IMG/VR virus record: IMGVR_UViG_3300009506_000015
Span: 11,429-75,428 of that record
Reading direction: 5' to 3' (one strand)
Source: a virus
Length of the DNA stretch: 64,000 bases
Shown here: one piece after another, positions 15,947-24,482 of the stretch
How the letters are laid out: each line of letters begins with the position of its first letter
How positions within the stretch are numbered: the first letter of the stretch is position 1
The notes under the pieces: generated by a model
Told to the model about the DNA's origin: nothing
The model's input: only the letters and a program-made list of their open reading frames with translations
Database searches by the model: none
Program-made: the position numbers and the translations under genes

Positions 15947-16051
15947 TGACAGAACGCCCGACCGGCTCCCGTAGCCTGGTGCCAGGGTACGATGGTGCTG
16001 TCCTGTTCGGTCCCCACGCGGGATTGAACCGCGAGTCAGGCGCATCTGTCA
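15947..16051 (-). ncRNA. T-loop-containing multi-stem element (permuted tRNA-like)
   Basis: ~17-bp closing stem, CGCGG-TTCAATC-CCGCG T-arm, GGCT-ACGGG-AGCC hairpin. Confidence 0.45.
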
Positions 16052-16558
16052 TTTGGGCGGCGCTAGTGCGGCAAGGCTATCCCGTACATACAGTTCGTGC
16101 AGGATAGGGTCTTGCTCGAGCGCCGCATCCGGGTCTACCACCTTGAACGCCCGAAAACAGATGGTACACAGCTTGTCGTCTGGGTCCAGGTCGTAGAGCG
16201 CCTTCCGTTCGAAGGCGTCGGCGTCGTACACAGCGGTTCTGCCGCACACCGGGATATCAGGATTGTCGGGGCGCGGCAGATGCCACGCGCCGTCTTTCCA
16301 TCTGACGTGTCCGGCAACGCCGCCCTTATGTCTGAACATCCAGGTGGGCCTGTGCAGGATCAGGATAGGGCGGATAGGCCAGACCCAGCCGCCGTACTTC
16401 AGCACGTGCAGAAGCAGTTCTATCCTGCCCGCGATGGTCCAGTGCTCCTTGCCGACGACTCTGGACAGCGTGTCGTGGGCTTCCTTGATTTCCCATTCCA
16501 GGGACTTGTTTAAGTCCTCAAGGTAGTTCACTCGCTCCAGAAGTTCATCGTCCGTCAT
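16049..16558 (-). CDS. hypothetical protein
   Basis: SD AAGGAGGTG; H..C..CxxC motif (WHL, VCG, CTIC). Confidence 0.75.
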   Translation of the reverse strand: MTDDELLERVNYLEDLNKSLEWEIKEAHDTLSRVVGKEHWTIAGRIELLLHVLKYGGWVWPIRPILILHRPTWMFRHKGGVAGHVRWKDGAWHLPRPDNPDIPVCGRTAVYDADAFERKALYDLDPDDKLCTICFRAFKVVDPDAALEQDPILHELYVRDSLAALAPPK

Positions 16559-16575
16559 AGTTCACCTCCTTTGAA

Positions 16576-16670
16576 CTAGTCACGCCTACCCTTGCGGGTA
16601 TCACCGACTCTACGGTGACTGGGATGTACGCCCGGCCCAAGTAGCGTACACCCCGCGCACGACTGACTAG
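16576..16670 (-). ncRNA. intergenic four-way-junction RNA element
   Basis: Closing CTAGTCA/TGACTAG with three hairpins, one capped by a GCAA tetraloop on the minus strand. Confidence 0.5.
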
Positions 16671-17071
16671 CCTTTCTTCTCCGCCCAGCAGATGGAGTAC
16701 CCTTCGCAATTCGGGTTGCACTCCTCCTTGGGCTTATCGGGCATGACGCCCTTGCCCACCAACCACGCGAGCAGCCGGTTGGACACCAGTTCGGCGTCCC
16801 GCACGATCTCGATGGCGGTTTCTGCGCCTGCTTCTGCGGCGGACCCTATCATGGCAGCCATCAGTGGGTTGCTTGCTATGATCATGTAGTGGGACATTTC
16901 TTCCTCGCTTGTCCCCGAGTCTGACATGAACTCGTAGGGGTCCAGACCTTCCAGGCTCACGCCGTTGATTTCGCCTACCGTCTCCTTGGGCGGTTCGGGA
17001 ACCTTGAACTCGGTTGCCATAGGCGAGAACAACAGGCTCGAATACTGGTCTTCTGCTTTTGTTGCGCTCAT
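16667..17071 (-). CDS. hypothetical protein
   Basis: SD AGGAGGTG before MSATKAE. Confidence 0.7.
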   Translation of the reverse strand: MSATKAEDQYSSLLFSPMATEFKVPEPPKETVGEINGVSLEGLDPYEFMSDSGTSEEEMSHYMIIASNPLMAAMIGSAAEAGAETAIEIVRDAELVSNRLLAWLVGKGVMPDKPKEECNPNCEGYSICWAEKKG

Positions 17072-17089
17072 CGTACACCTCCTGTGTGC

Positions 17090-17118
17090 ATTATAGCATA
17101 ATTGGCTTGGGCCGCAAC
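17090..17118 (-). promoter_or_regulatory. extended -10 promoter, variant of the phage motif
   Basis: GTTGCG-gcccaaGCCaattatgc-TATAAT. Confidence 0.55.
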
Positions 17119-17158
17119 CATTGTCCCGGTGACTAGGGGGATTGCACCGGGACAATAG

Positions 17159-17398
17159 TCACTGTCCAGCGCCCTTGGTGGGCTTTGGGGCGTCCGCCGT
17201 GGCGTTCGCCCTGGTCGCTTCCGTGGTCGCTGCCGACGACGTCTGGGCGTCCTTGATCTTCGTGACTGCCGTCGAGCAGCTGCCGTCTGAGTCATCGCTG
17301 TAGCACGGTGGTCCGCCGGTACGTTCGCCGCACGCCGTGGTGGCGAGCAAGATCACGATGATGAAGACCAGGATGGCGGCCTGGTTTCTAGTCTTCAT
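17159..17398 (-). CDS. small lipoprotein
   Basis: MKTRNQAAILVFIIVILLATTAC signal peptide with lipobox Cys. Confidence 0.7.
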   Translation of the reverse strand: MKTRNQAAILVFIIVILLATTACGERTGGPPCYSDDSDGSCSTAVTKIKDAQTSSAATTEATRANATADAPKPTKGAGQ

Positions 17399-17880
17399 CG
17401 TATCTTGCACGATACGGACGAGTACCGGACATCCGCTTGAGGTTCCACGTGACACTCGCACCCGTCTGGCAACTTGTTGCCACGCATTTCCTCGGCGTCC
17501 AGTGCTATCAGGATGGAGTCTTCGCCCTTGTCCATGCGCCACGAAGCGGTACGCATGAACACGGTCTTGTAGGACCGTGGGTCTTGCACGTTCGCCGTCC
17601 ACGTGATCGACCAGTTCAGGTTGTCCCGGTTGGCGATCTCATGCAGACGCCCACGGTGCTTTAGCGGCACGTGGAACAGGATAGTGCTGCCCCAGTAGTC
17701 AACCGATTCCGCTATGCCCAGCAGGTCTCCCAGCTTGTACTTTTTCAGCACTCGCTTCAGGTAGCGGATACTAGCCCGGTCAGTCTTGAGCTGCTGCTTG
17801 TGACTCTCAATCTTATTGGCGAGAATCACGTCCAGCAGTTCCAGGCCGCCAGTTCCAGTTGCTTCTAACTGACTGTGCAT
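17395..17880 (-). CDS. hypothetical protein
   Basis: 161 aa, SD GAGGAGGTG. Confidence 0.75.
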   Translation of the reverse strand: MHSQLEATGTGGLELLDVILANKIESHKQQLKTDRASIRYLKRVLKKYKLGDLLGIAESVDYWGSTILFHVPLKHRGRLHEIANRDNLNWSITWTANVQDPRSYKTVFMRTASWRMDKGEDSILIALDAEEMRGNKLPDGCECHVEPQADVRYSSVSCKIR

Positions 17881-17952
17881 TTGACACCTCCTCAGTGTTT
17901 TAGGCCGCCACCGCTGCCTGTATCACGTGCAGATACAGGCAATCGTGGATGT

Positions 17953-18135
17953 CTAAAGCTCGTCCAGTATACGGATAAGGTACGCCTTATCATCGTCCGT
18001 GAACCACGCCGGTAGCTCGTCTGCGAACTCGGTACAGTAGTACGCTACTCGCTCGCTAGCCGGGATAGATGGATCGTCGGAGCCTGAGTCTATCAGGATT
18101 GCCAGCTCCGTAAGCACAGCGCCCTTCTCGTCCAT
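17953..18135 (-). CDS. small acidic hypothetical protein
   Basis: SD GGGAGGTG before MDEKGAV. Confidence 0.65.
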   Translation of the reverse strand: MDEKGAVLTELAILIDSGSDDPSIPASERVAYYCTEFADELPAWFTDDDKAYLIRILDEL

Positions 18136-18255
18136 AGCGGGTACACCTCCCTTCTGTTGGATAATGGACAAGTGACGTGGTAGGAGATTCCTACCACGAT
18201 GAACCTGGCCACTATCGGGTACCGTAGTGGGATGCGGGATACACCTGGCGGGCAC

Positions 18256-18459
18256 TCACCAGCGGGACAGGATACCTGGTCGTCCGATGGGATCTCTGCT
18301 CCGATACACGGCGCAGCTACCCCTCAGCGGGCAGACCTGGCACTTCTGACCTGGTCGTGTGCAGCCCCCGGCAGTCCTGACCAGGACGGGCGAGAGCTTG
18401 CCTTGAACCCTGCTAGCTGTGGGCATCGCTGGGCGATACCGACGTTTTGTCTTACTCAT
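18256..18459 (-). CDS. small protein with Cx6Cx2Cx5C motif
   Basis: SD GGGAGGTGATC; CTRPGQKCQVCPLRGSC. Confidence 0.6.
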   Translation of the reverse strand: MSKTKRRYRPAMPTASRVQGKLSPVLVRTAGGCTRPGQKCQVCPLRGSCAVYRSRDPIGRPGILSRW

Positions 18460-18688
18460 CTAGGATCACCTCCCCTCAAGGTTAGTCAATACGGCACGGC
18501 AGGGTAGAACGATTGTTCTACCCTAGCGTGCCGGGTTGACCAGACCCGGCTATTCAATTCGGCAGCGTTTGTTTAGCGGGGGCTGCCGCTCCCGCAACTA
18601 TGACATTCTATTTTCGATCAAATGTTCTACCTCCAGTAGAATTGGGTGAGGGGTGAGACATCATTGTCTCACCCCTCGCGTCCGACCT

Positions 18689-19543
18689 TTAGGATTGGGG
18701 CCACCAATCCTTCCGGTGCCAGAACGAGCCGTAGTAGGTGCCCTCGTTCTTAGCGAAGAAGTCTTTGAGCGCTGCCTCGAGCATCTCTGCCGTTTTGCCC
18801 TCAGCGATTGTCCCGATGTCCTGCCCGTTCCTAGTAGCAGTCACTTTGTGGGTGCCGTTTTCCAGTGTATGGGTGTAACCATACTTTGAACCGCCCCCAC
18901 CGCTACCGCTGTTGCGCGGTTTGCGGCTGCCACCGCCTGTCGTGAGGGTGATCTTCCCATCATCGGATATCTTGCATCCGACCTTGAGAATCTTGCGATC
19001 AACTCCCTCGTTTTTGGCCACGCCGTCCACGATGCTAAAGATATGGGCTTCCGCCAATCTCAGCATATCGGGTACTTTCGCTGCCGCCTTCGCGAGGTCA
19101 CTGTCGATCTTGATCTTGTACTCAGCGCCCAGGATGTCCTCGTTCTCGACATCGGTGCCGATCTTGACCCAGCTTTTGGCCGCCCCGGAATATTCACAGG
19201 ACGTCGGCAGTCCGGCTTCTTCGAGCAACTGGCGGAAGTAGGAGAGCGCGCCTGTATAGTCTGCAATCGACTTTTTCAGGCTCCTATTGCTCTTGAGTGC
19301 CTTGGCGATCACTGGGGCCGCGAGTTCCTGGAGGTCGGGCACGACCTCTTCAGGCTTTGCAGCCTTTTTGAACACACTGGACATCGCCTGCACAGCCGTC
19401 CATGCATTGTCCCGTGCTGCGGACTCGGGCATCTTGAGGTCTGTGAATCTCTTCACGAGGTCTTCAAACGCCGTGAAGACCTCACCAGGTACCTCAAAAC
19501 GTCCTGCGCTCACTTCTACCACATGCTTCTCATTCTCTGCCAT
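18689..19543 (-). CDS. hypothetical protein
   Basis: 284 aa, SD GGGAGGTG; followed by hairpin 18648-18677. Confidence 0.8.
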   Translation of the reverse strand: MAENEKHVVEVSAGRFEVPGEVFTAFEDLVKRFTDLKMPESAARDNAWTAVQAMSSVFKKAAKPEEVVPDLQELAAPVIAKALKSNRSLKKSIADYTGALSYFRQLLEEAGLPTSCEYSGAAKSWVKIGTDVENEDILGAEYKIKIDSDLAKAAAKVPDMLRLAEAHIFSIVDGVAKNEGVDRKILKVGCKISDDGKITLTTGGGSRKPRNSGSGGGGSKYGYTHTLENGTHKVTATRNGQDIGTIAEGKTAEMLEAALKDFFAKNEGTYYGSFWHRKDWWPQS

Positions 19544-19582
19544 TGTAGTACACCTCCCTGAAGTTTGTAATATCACCTGGCA

Positions 19583-19903
19583 TAGTGACATCTGCTAAAG
19601 CATAAGGCCCATTGTATCACCTCACGCCGGATGCTTGCAGACTACAATCTCGTGTCCCATTACCGGATCGAGACTGTCAGTCATCCTATGATGCTTCGTG
19701 AAGAATTTAGGCGGAGCATCATACATGGTAGCATAGATGGGAAAACCGCACAGCGGGCAATAGATATACATCCCGCATAGCTGTAGACTGACATCCACTC
19801 GATTATATGTCATCTTATAGGTCACTGTGAATTTTATCCTAGGCTCAGCCATAATCACCCTCCCTCACATGGTAGTGACCTTATGCCCTAGCAGATGTCA
19901 CTA
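19583..19903. repeat. 25-bp inverted repeat enclosing ORF 19622-19852
   Basis: 19583-19607 TAGTGACATCTGCTAAAGCATAAGG versus 19879-19903 CCTTATGCCCTAGCAGATGTCACTA; two differences. Confidence 0.9.
19622..19852 (-). CDS. small zinc-ribbon hypothetical protein
   Basis: SD GGGAGGGTG; CPLC. Confidence 0.65.
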   Translation of the reverse strand: MAEPRIKFTVTYKMTYNRVDVSLQLCGMYIYCPLCGFPIYATMYDAPPKFFTKHHRMTDSLDPVMGHEIVVCKHPA

Positions 19904-20255
19904 ACTAACTAACTGTATATCACTGCCACCTGGTCACTATATACAAGCGTTCCTATAATCAGTTTAACGTGATGTCAGGCCAGATGGCCGCATCTAGTTT
20001 AATCTTCACTACCATACTGGACTCAAAGGCAATGTAGCCTTGTAGCATGGTAGCACCATATACCATATACTTGCCACTGGCGGATAACCTCAGCTTCCCT
20101 GTCATGCTAAAGCAGATGTCCCCAAACCTCTGAACCGTTACTGTCTTGCCCAGTAGATTGTTTAACTCCTCAGACATTGTACCCTCCTATGGTATGATAC
20201 GCTTGTATACAGTGACCAGGCGCCAGTGACTACCCTACATTCAGTAGTTAGTGAC
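19897..20255. repeat. ~55-bp imperfect inverted repeat enclosing ORF 19959-20177
   Basis: Core 19920-19950 versus 20199-20229 (31 bp, three differences) plus distal GTCACTAACTA/TAGTTAGTGAC. Confidence 0.9.
19959..20177 (-). CDS. small hypothetical protein
   Basis: 72 aa, SD AGGAGGG. Confidence 0.7.
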   Translation of the reverse strand: MSEELNNLLGKTVTVQRFGDICFSMTGKLRLSASGKYMVYGATMLQGYIAFESSMVVKIKLDAAIWPDITLN

Positions 20256-20730
20256 GCCTTGTTTCCTTTTTCACAATCTCCGGTCGGTTCCGGTCACGCG
20301 CCCAGCCGGAGGTGTGGCGTGGCGCGCTTGCTCCCGTGTCTTCTCATTCTATGATGCCAGTGACGCTCAGATGCTATACGTACACACGGTCACTACTCGC
20401 AGCACAGCTTAGGATGCTATCGGGAGACTGCTATGTCAGGCTGACAAGGTAGAGCGAAAGTATCACGCGCCGCATCTAGTCTAGCAGACAAACCGCCCTG
20501 CCTACAGAGGTTCGCCCTCCACCGCGCTAATTCATGGGAGTTGTCTTTCACCGTGAGGTCAGGTCTAGGTAAGGCGTTACACCGTAGCGTTCCAGTGATA
20601 CACTAGACGCGTCCGGCTGCCCGCACTCGAGTCGAAGCACATTCACGCGGCAGCGATTGCCTGTTGTCCGTTCCAGATGACTAACTTGCGTTTTCGCGTT
20701 CCCTATGCTGTTGTTAACGTTCCTTACTAT
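20256..20730 (-). ncRNA. candidate long structured leader or ncRNA
   Basis: ~470 nt without an ORF, several complementary segments, downstream of TTTACC..TATACT. Confidence 0.45.
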
Positions 20731-20874
20731 CTATAGTATACCCCATTTTTCGGAGCGTAGGTAAACCTGTTTTCGACCACGCGGGCGGGGGTAGACCCTC
20801 ACGTAAAAATTAGGGTAGTCAGGACTTTGATTGAGGTTAGTGGGGGGAGATTGTTAGGTCTCCCCCCGATGGGA

Positions 20875-21300
20875 TTACAAGAGGAATGGGAATCCGGGGG
20901 CACCTGTTCTATCGGTCAGGTGTTTCATGATTTGGGACATGAGTCGTTCTGGTGTATCTTCTTTATGGCGGAGGACCACGGGTTCTTGCCATATCCAGGC
21001 ACCGTAGTTTGTTTTGCGTTTAGTTTGTTGTTCTATGGCGGCGTATTCTGTTTTGCTGATATCGTGGAACAGGTGTTTATAGGAATGTACCTGTCCTATA
21101 TAGTAGGTTTCCACTGATTTCCAGCCATGGAAGCCGCCTCTGGCTACGGCCCAATGGGTATCGGGTTCGTAGTAGATGATAAATTCGGCATCGTTGCCAT
21201 AAGAGTACCGCCAGAACTTTGGGTAAGGCGGGTCGAAGAAGGCGGTATTGAACTTGACGCCTTGTGCGCGTATGATAGTTCCGACTTCCTGGGCGTTCAT
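20875..21300 (-). CDS. hypothetical protein
   Basis: 141 aa, followed by hairpin 20842-20867. Confidence 0.65.
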   Translation of the reverse strand: MNAQEVGTIIRAQGVKFNTAFFDPPYPKFWRYSYGNDAEFIIYYEPDTHWAVARGGFHGWKSVETYYIGQVHSYKHLFHDISKTEYAAIEQQTKRKTNYGAWIWQEPVVLRHKEDTPERLMSQIMKHLTDRTGAPGFPFLL

Positions 21301-21333
21301 GGTTGTTCTTCGATGTATTCTACCATAAGGTAT

Positions 21334-21585
21334 TTAATCGCTTTCATCATCCATATTCCCTTCGAGAATCATTTGGGCGATAACGCGTTTTACGCCTTTA
21401 TCGGCTATGTCGTTGGCTATGGTGGCGAGGACCGTGAGTTGGTCGATGTACCACTGTTGGTCGCCGTCATCCGTTTCAGCCGCGACGACGAGTCCCACCA
21501 TACAGGACAGGATGCATTGTACGTCGTCGCGGCCAAACGTAGTAGCCAGGTATTTTAGCATGGTTAGCTTATCTTCGCTGGTCAC
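21334..21585 (-). CDS. hypothetical protein
   Basis: GTG start MTSEDKL after AGGGGG. Confidence 0.6.
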   Translation of the reverse strand: MTSEDKLTMLKYLATTFGRDDVQCILSCMVGLVVAAETDDGDQQWYIDQLTVLATIANDIADKGVKRVIAQMILEGNMDDESD

Positions 21586-21593
21586 TATACCCC

Positions 21594-22025
21594 CTATGCG
21601 TAGTAGGCGATTATGCCGAACTTGATTTCCACGTGTTTGGCGGCTTCGCCAATGGTGGCGATCTGTTGGGCATAGTTCCGCTTGAAGTTCTGTACGGTGA
21701 TGTCGCGTGTTTCTGCCGATATCGGGTAGTCGTCCCCGAAATTGACATGTACGCCACACGGGCTGTGGTTTCCGACGATAACCCAGTAGTCGGAATCGAC
21801 GTTTTCGATCTGTGACAGAGATTCGTCGTCGCCCAGGACGTCGTACAGGGTAGCAGTACGTTCGCGTACTACGGGTACGAGTTCCTTGCCGCACAGCGGA
21901 CAGAACTTGTAGTTACTGTGGGTTGATCTCCCGCAGCCAGGGCACATATGTCCTGATTCATATTCGATTTTTGGCGGCGTTGCCGTGAGATAGGCTCCTA
22001 CGAACACGTTTGCGTCTACACTCAT
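21594..22025 (-). CDS. zinc-ribbon protein
   Basis: CPGCG...FCPLCG. Confidence 0.7.
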   Translation of the reverse strand: MSVDANVFVGAYLTATPPKIEYESGHMCPGCGRSTHSNYKFCPLCGKELVPVVRERTATLYDVLGDDESLSQIENVDSDYWVIVGNHSPCGVHVNFGDDYPISAETRDITVQNFKRNYAQQIATIGEAAKHVEIKFGIIAYYA

Positions 22026-22261
22026 GATGTTACCGTCACTTCCAGCCATTCTATGGCGTCTGGCAAAGAACCGTCAGGGTTCTCTGGGTGGTACTCGGTA
22101 TATCGCTGCACGGATATTGTAGCTTCTGGGATGTGTTCGTAGCGCATATACTCGAGCAACATTTGCCCGACCTCCATCGACAGAGTGCGTCGGGCATGTT
22201 CGTCTATTTCGGGCGTCGATGGTTGCCGTAGTGCGATACCTTGTCTCAGTTCGCGTATCAT
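22022..22261 (-). CDS. hypothetical protein
   Basis: ATGA-coupled on both sides. Confidence 0.65.
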   Translation of the reverse strand: MIRELRQGIALRQPSTPEIDEHARRTLSMEVGQMLLEYMRYEHIPEATISVQRYTEYHPENPDGSLPDAIEWLEVTVTS

Positions 22262-22629
22262 AGGTCTACGTCTCCCTGGCTGACGACGCCATCGTCTACC
22301 GTTAGGGTAGAAATGCTGTCTCCGCCTTCCCAGACGACCAAGGCTTCCAGGCGGCCCTTGCTACGGCGCAGGATATCCAGAAAGTCATCCCAGGAATTGC
22401 CAGAACCGTCACTATAGGTTGTGATTTCCGTCACAGACAGAACGTTCATATCGTCCCTGCGACCCTGTAGTATGTACCCCTCGGACAGGTTGGCGTCGAG
22501 TTGCCACACTCCGCCATTGAACAGGACCAGTCGTGCGTATTGCAGATGGTTACACGCCTCGAGCAGGTCGGCAATGGCGAACGTCAGGTTTTGCTTCTTG
22601 ACTCGGAACGCTGTTATGTTATAGGACAT
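22258..22629 (-). CDS. hypothetical protein
   Basis: MSYNITAF...WEGGDSI; SD GAGGAG. Confidence 0.7.
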   Translation of the reverse strand: MSYNITAFRVKKQNLTFAIADLLEACNHLQYARLVLFNGGVWQLDANLSEGYILQGRRDDMNVLSVTEITTYSDGSGNSWDDFLDILRRSKGRLEALVVWEGGDSISTLTVDDGVVSQGDVDL

Positions 22630-22630
22630 C

Positions 22631-22858
22631 TTATACATTCTCCTCATCTTGTAGGTTTTGTAACACGACACGCATGGCGTTATAGTGTGCGCCTTCGGCT
22701 GTGCCGACCATTTCGATCAGCTTTTCTGCCAGGGCGTCCACTTCCGCCACGAACTCTTCGATGATACGCACCCTGTCGTTGTTACAGTGGTAGCACATGT
22801 ACGCCGTACCGCCACATTCAGGGCACGGGACTCCGCTTACCAGCATCTTTAGGGTCAT
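22631..22858 (-). CDS. small zinc-finger protein
   Basis: CPECGG..CYHC; ATGA-coupled. Confidence 0.6.
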   Translation of the reverse strand: MTLKMLVSGVPCPECGGTAYMCYHCNNDRVRIIEEFVAEVDALAEKLIEMVGTAEGAHYNAMRVVLQNLQDEENV

Positions 22859-23292
22859 ATCAAATCGCCCAGATACTCGAGTGCGGCTATCATGTGGTCG
22901 AACACGATGTCGGCGGCTTCCAGCACGAACGCGTGGCGGTGCGGGTTGTCTTCGGGCATCACCACGATGGTGTGCTTGTGCTGTCTGTAGGCCCAGGCGA
23001 GTTCCATCATGCAGCCGATACTGACCTTTTCCGCGCCGGTGAGGTCCACCAGGACGATGTTCGCCAGGCTCACCATCCACGAATCACGTTCGATGATGGC
23101 GTGGTCCGTAGACGCGGGTATCTGGTAGCCCGTGGGCTTCAGTTCCTTTTCGGTGCGCAGGTACGACTTGCCGCGCATGGGCGACAGCACCATATAGCCG
23201 AGCAGTCGCAGTTGGTGTTCCAGAGTGTTAAAGTACGTCATCACGTCGTCGTAGGCCAGTCCGGTGATCGGGTGCGCCAGATAGACTATCAT
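22855..23292 (-). CDS. nucleoside 2-deoxyribosyltransferase/N-glycosidase-like protein
   Basis: VYLAHPITG...RDSWMVSLANIVLVDL...SIGCMMELAWA (catalytic E). Confidence 0.8.
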   Translation of the reverse strand: MIVYLAHPITGLAYDDVMTYFNTLEHQLRLLGYMVLSPMRGKSYLRTEKELKPTGYQIPASTDHAIIERDSWMVSLANIVLVDLTGAEKVSIGCMMELAWAYRQHKHTIVVMPEDNPHRHAFVLEAADIVFDHMIAALEYLGDLI

Positions 23293-23346
23293 TTCATGCC
23301 TCCTGATTATAGGATAGCTGCCCAGTTCGCGCTGGGCAGCTATAGC

Positions 23347-23655
23347 TTACTTGAACGTCGAGATTAAGAGTTGTATGGCGTAGTAGTCCGGGTTCATCAA
23401 CTGGCCTATAACGCACGCCAGGACGAATACGATTATGAACGCCAGGACGACTTCCAGAACTGCGGCCCAGAACTTGTTTTCCCTATCCGACGTCCGTTTC
23501 CGGTACTCGTTCGTGAAGACGAATACGATTACGGCAAACCAGCCCCAGATTGAAAGCTGCAACGCCTGGACGAACACCTGCGCCCTATAGACGCCCCACA
23601 CGACAGAACTTGCTTCCTTGACGAACTCCATGATCTGCTGGAATACTTCAGTCAT
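23347..23655 (-). CDS. membrane protein
   Basis: Two TM segments, ends NPDYYAI; SD GGAGGAGG. Confidence 0.7.
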   Translation of the reverse strand: MTEVFQQIMEFVKEASSVVWGVYRAQVFVQALQLSIWGWFAVIVFVFTNEYRKRTSDRENKFWAAVLEVVLAFIIVFVLACVIGQLMNPDYYAIQLLISTFK

Positions 23656-23911
23656 CGCTTCCTCCTCCGAAGCACCATGCACTCACACCTTTCATGTAGA
23701 AGATGTAGCACAGGTTGTCACGCTTTGCGTCGTACATTTGGTACACCGATCCGGTAAGCCCGAAACTGCCGATCTGCTGAATGTCCACCGACGCCGCGTC
23801 GGCCTTTTCAGGACCGCCTGGCACGGGCGTTGCGTGTCCGCACGTACCGGCGGACACGCCGATGAGCAGGACGATAAGGATGGCTGCTAGGTATACGGTT
23901 TCATCTTTCAT
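23648..23911 (-). CDS. small exported protein or lipoprotein
   Basis: Hydrophobic N-terminus followed by AGTC. Confidence 0.55.
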   Translation of the reverse strand: MKDETVYLAAILIVLLIGVSAGTCGHATPVPGGPEKADAASVDIQQIGSFGLTGSVYQMYDAKRDNLCYIFYMKGVSAWCFGGGSDD

Positions 23912-24032
23912 CAGGAACGCTCCAGGCAGATACAAAAGAACCATAGCGCGAATGTGGTATATCTCACGCCATCATAAAAGGCGTGATAAATCCCAATCAA
24001 TCGGTCTATGCGTTCTCGGTAAATGCGCAACA

Positions 24033-24482
24033 TTAGTATACCGCCCCTATCAGTTCTGGCAATCCGCTTGAACCGATGCTCTCCGTATAGTAGATGACCA
24101 CGTCTGACTCTGTGATTTCGTGTTCGCATACCGTTACGCCTGACTCGTGGCATATGTCTGGTTCGGTCTTGACGTAGTTATTCGCCTTTGAATCCGGTAT
24201 GTCGAACGTGTACTTCTTGCCAGCGTCGGGCACGGGCAGGACGCCCTTGCCACCTGGGTTGAGCTGCGTGGCCGACTCCACTTGTATAGTCCACAACCAC
24301 TTGCACCCACCGCTGTCACAGAACAGCTTTGCCGTTGTTAAGGTTCCCTTGACCTCGATGATCTGCGTGTCCACGTACTTACCCTTGAAAGGCTGGGCGA
24401 TAAGCGTGCCAAGTCCGACGACGATCAGTACGATAGCCACAACGACCATCCAGGTAATTAACGTCCTCTTTCCAGAATCCAT
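24033..24482 (-). CDS. membrane-anchored protein
   Basis: N-terminal TM helix; SD AAGGAGG. Confidence 0.75.
   Translation of the reverse strand: MDSGKRTLITWMVVVAIVLIVVGLGTLIAQPFKGKYVDTQIIEVKGTLTTAKLFCDSGGCKWLWTIQVESATQLNPGGKGVLPVPDAGKKYTFDIPDSKANNYVKTEPDICHESGVTVCEHEITESDVVIYYTESIGSSGLPELIGAVY

Noticed and set aside
19583-20255. MITE/IS ends or integron attC sites
   Set aside because: No target-site duplications or GTTRRRY cores; the two arm pairs differ in sequence and their mismatches are G-U compatible on one strand.
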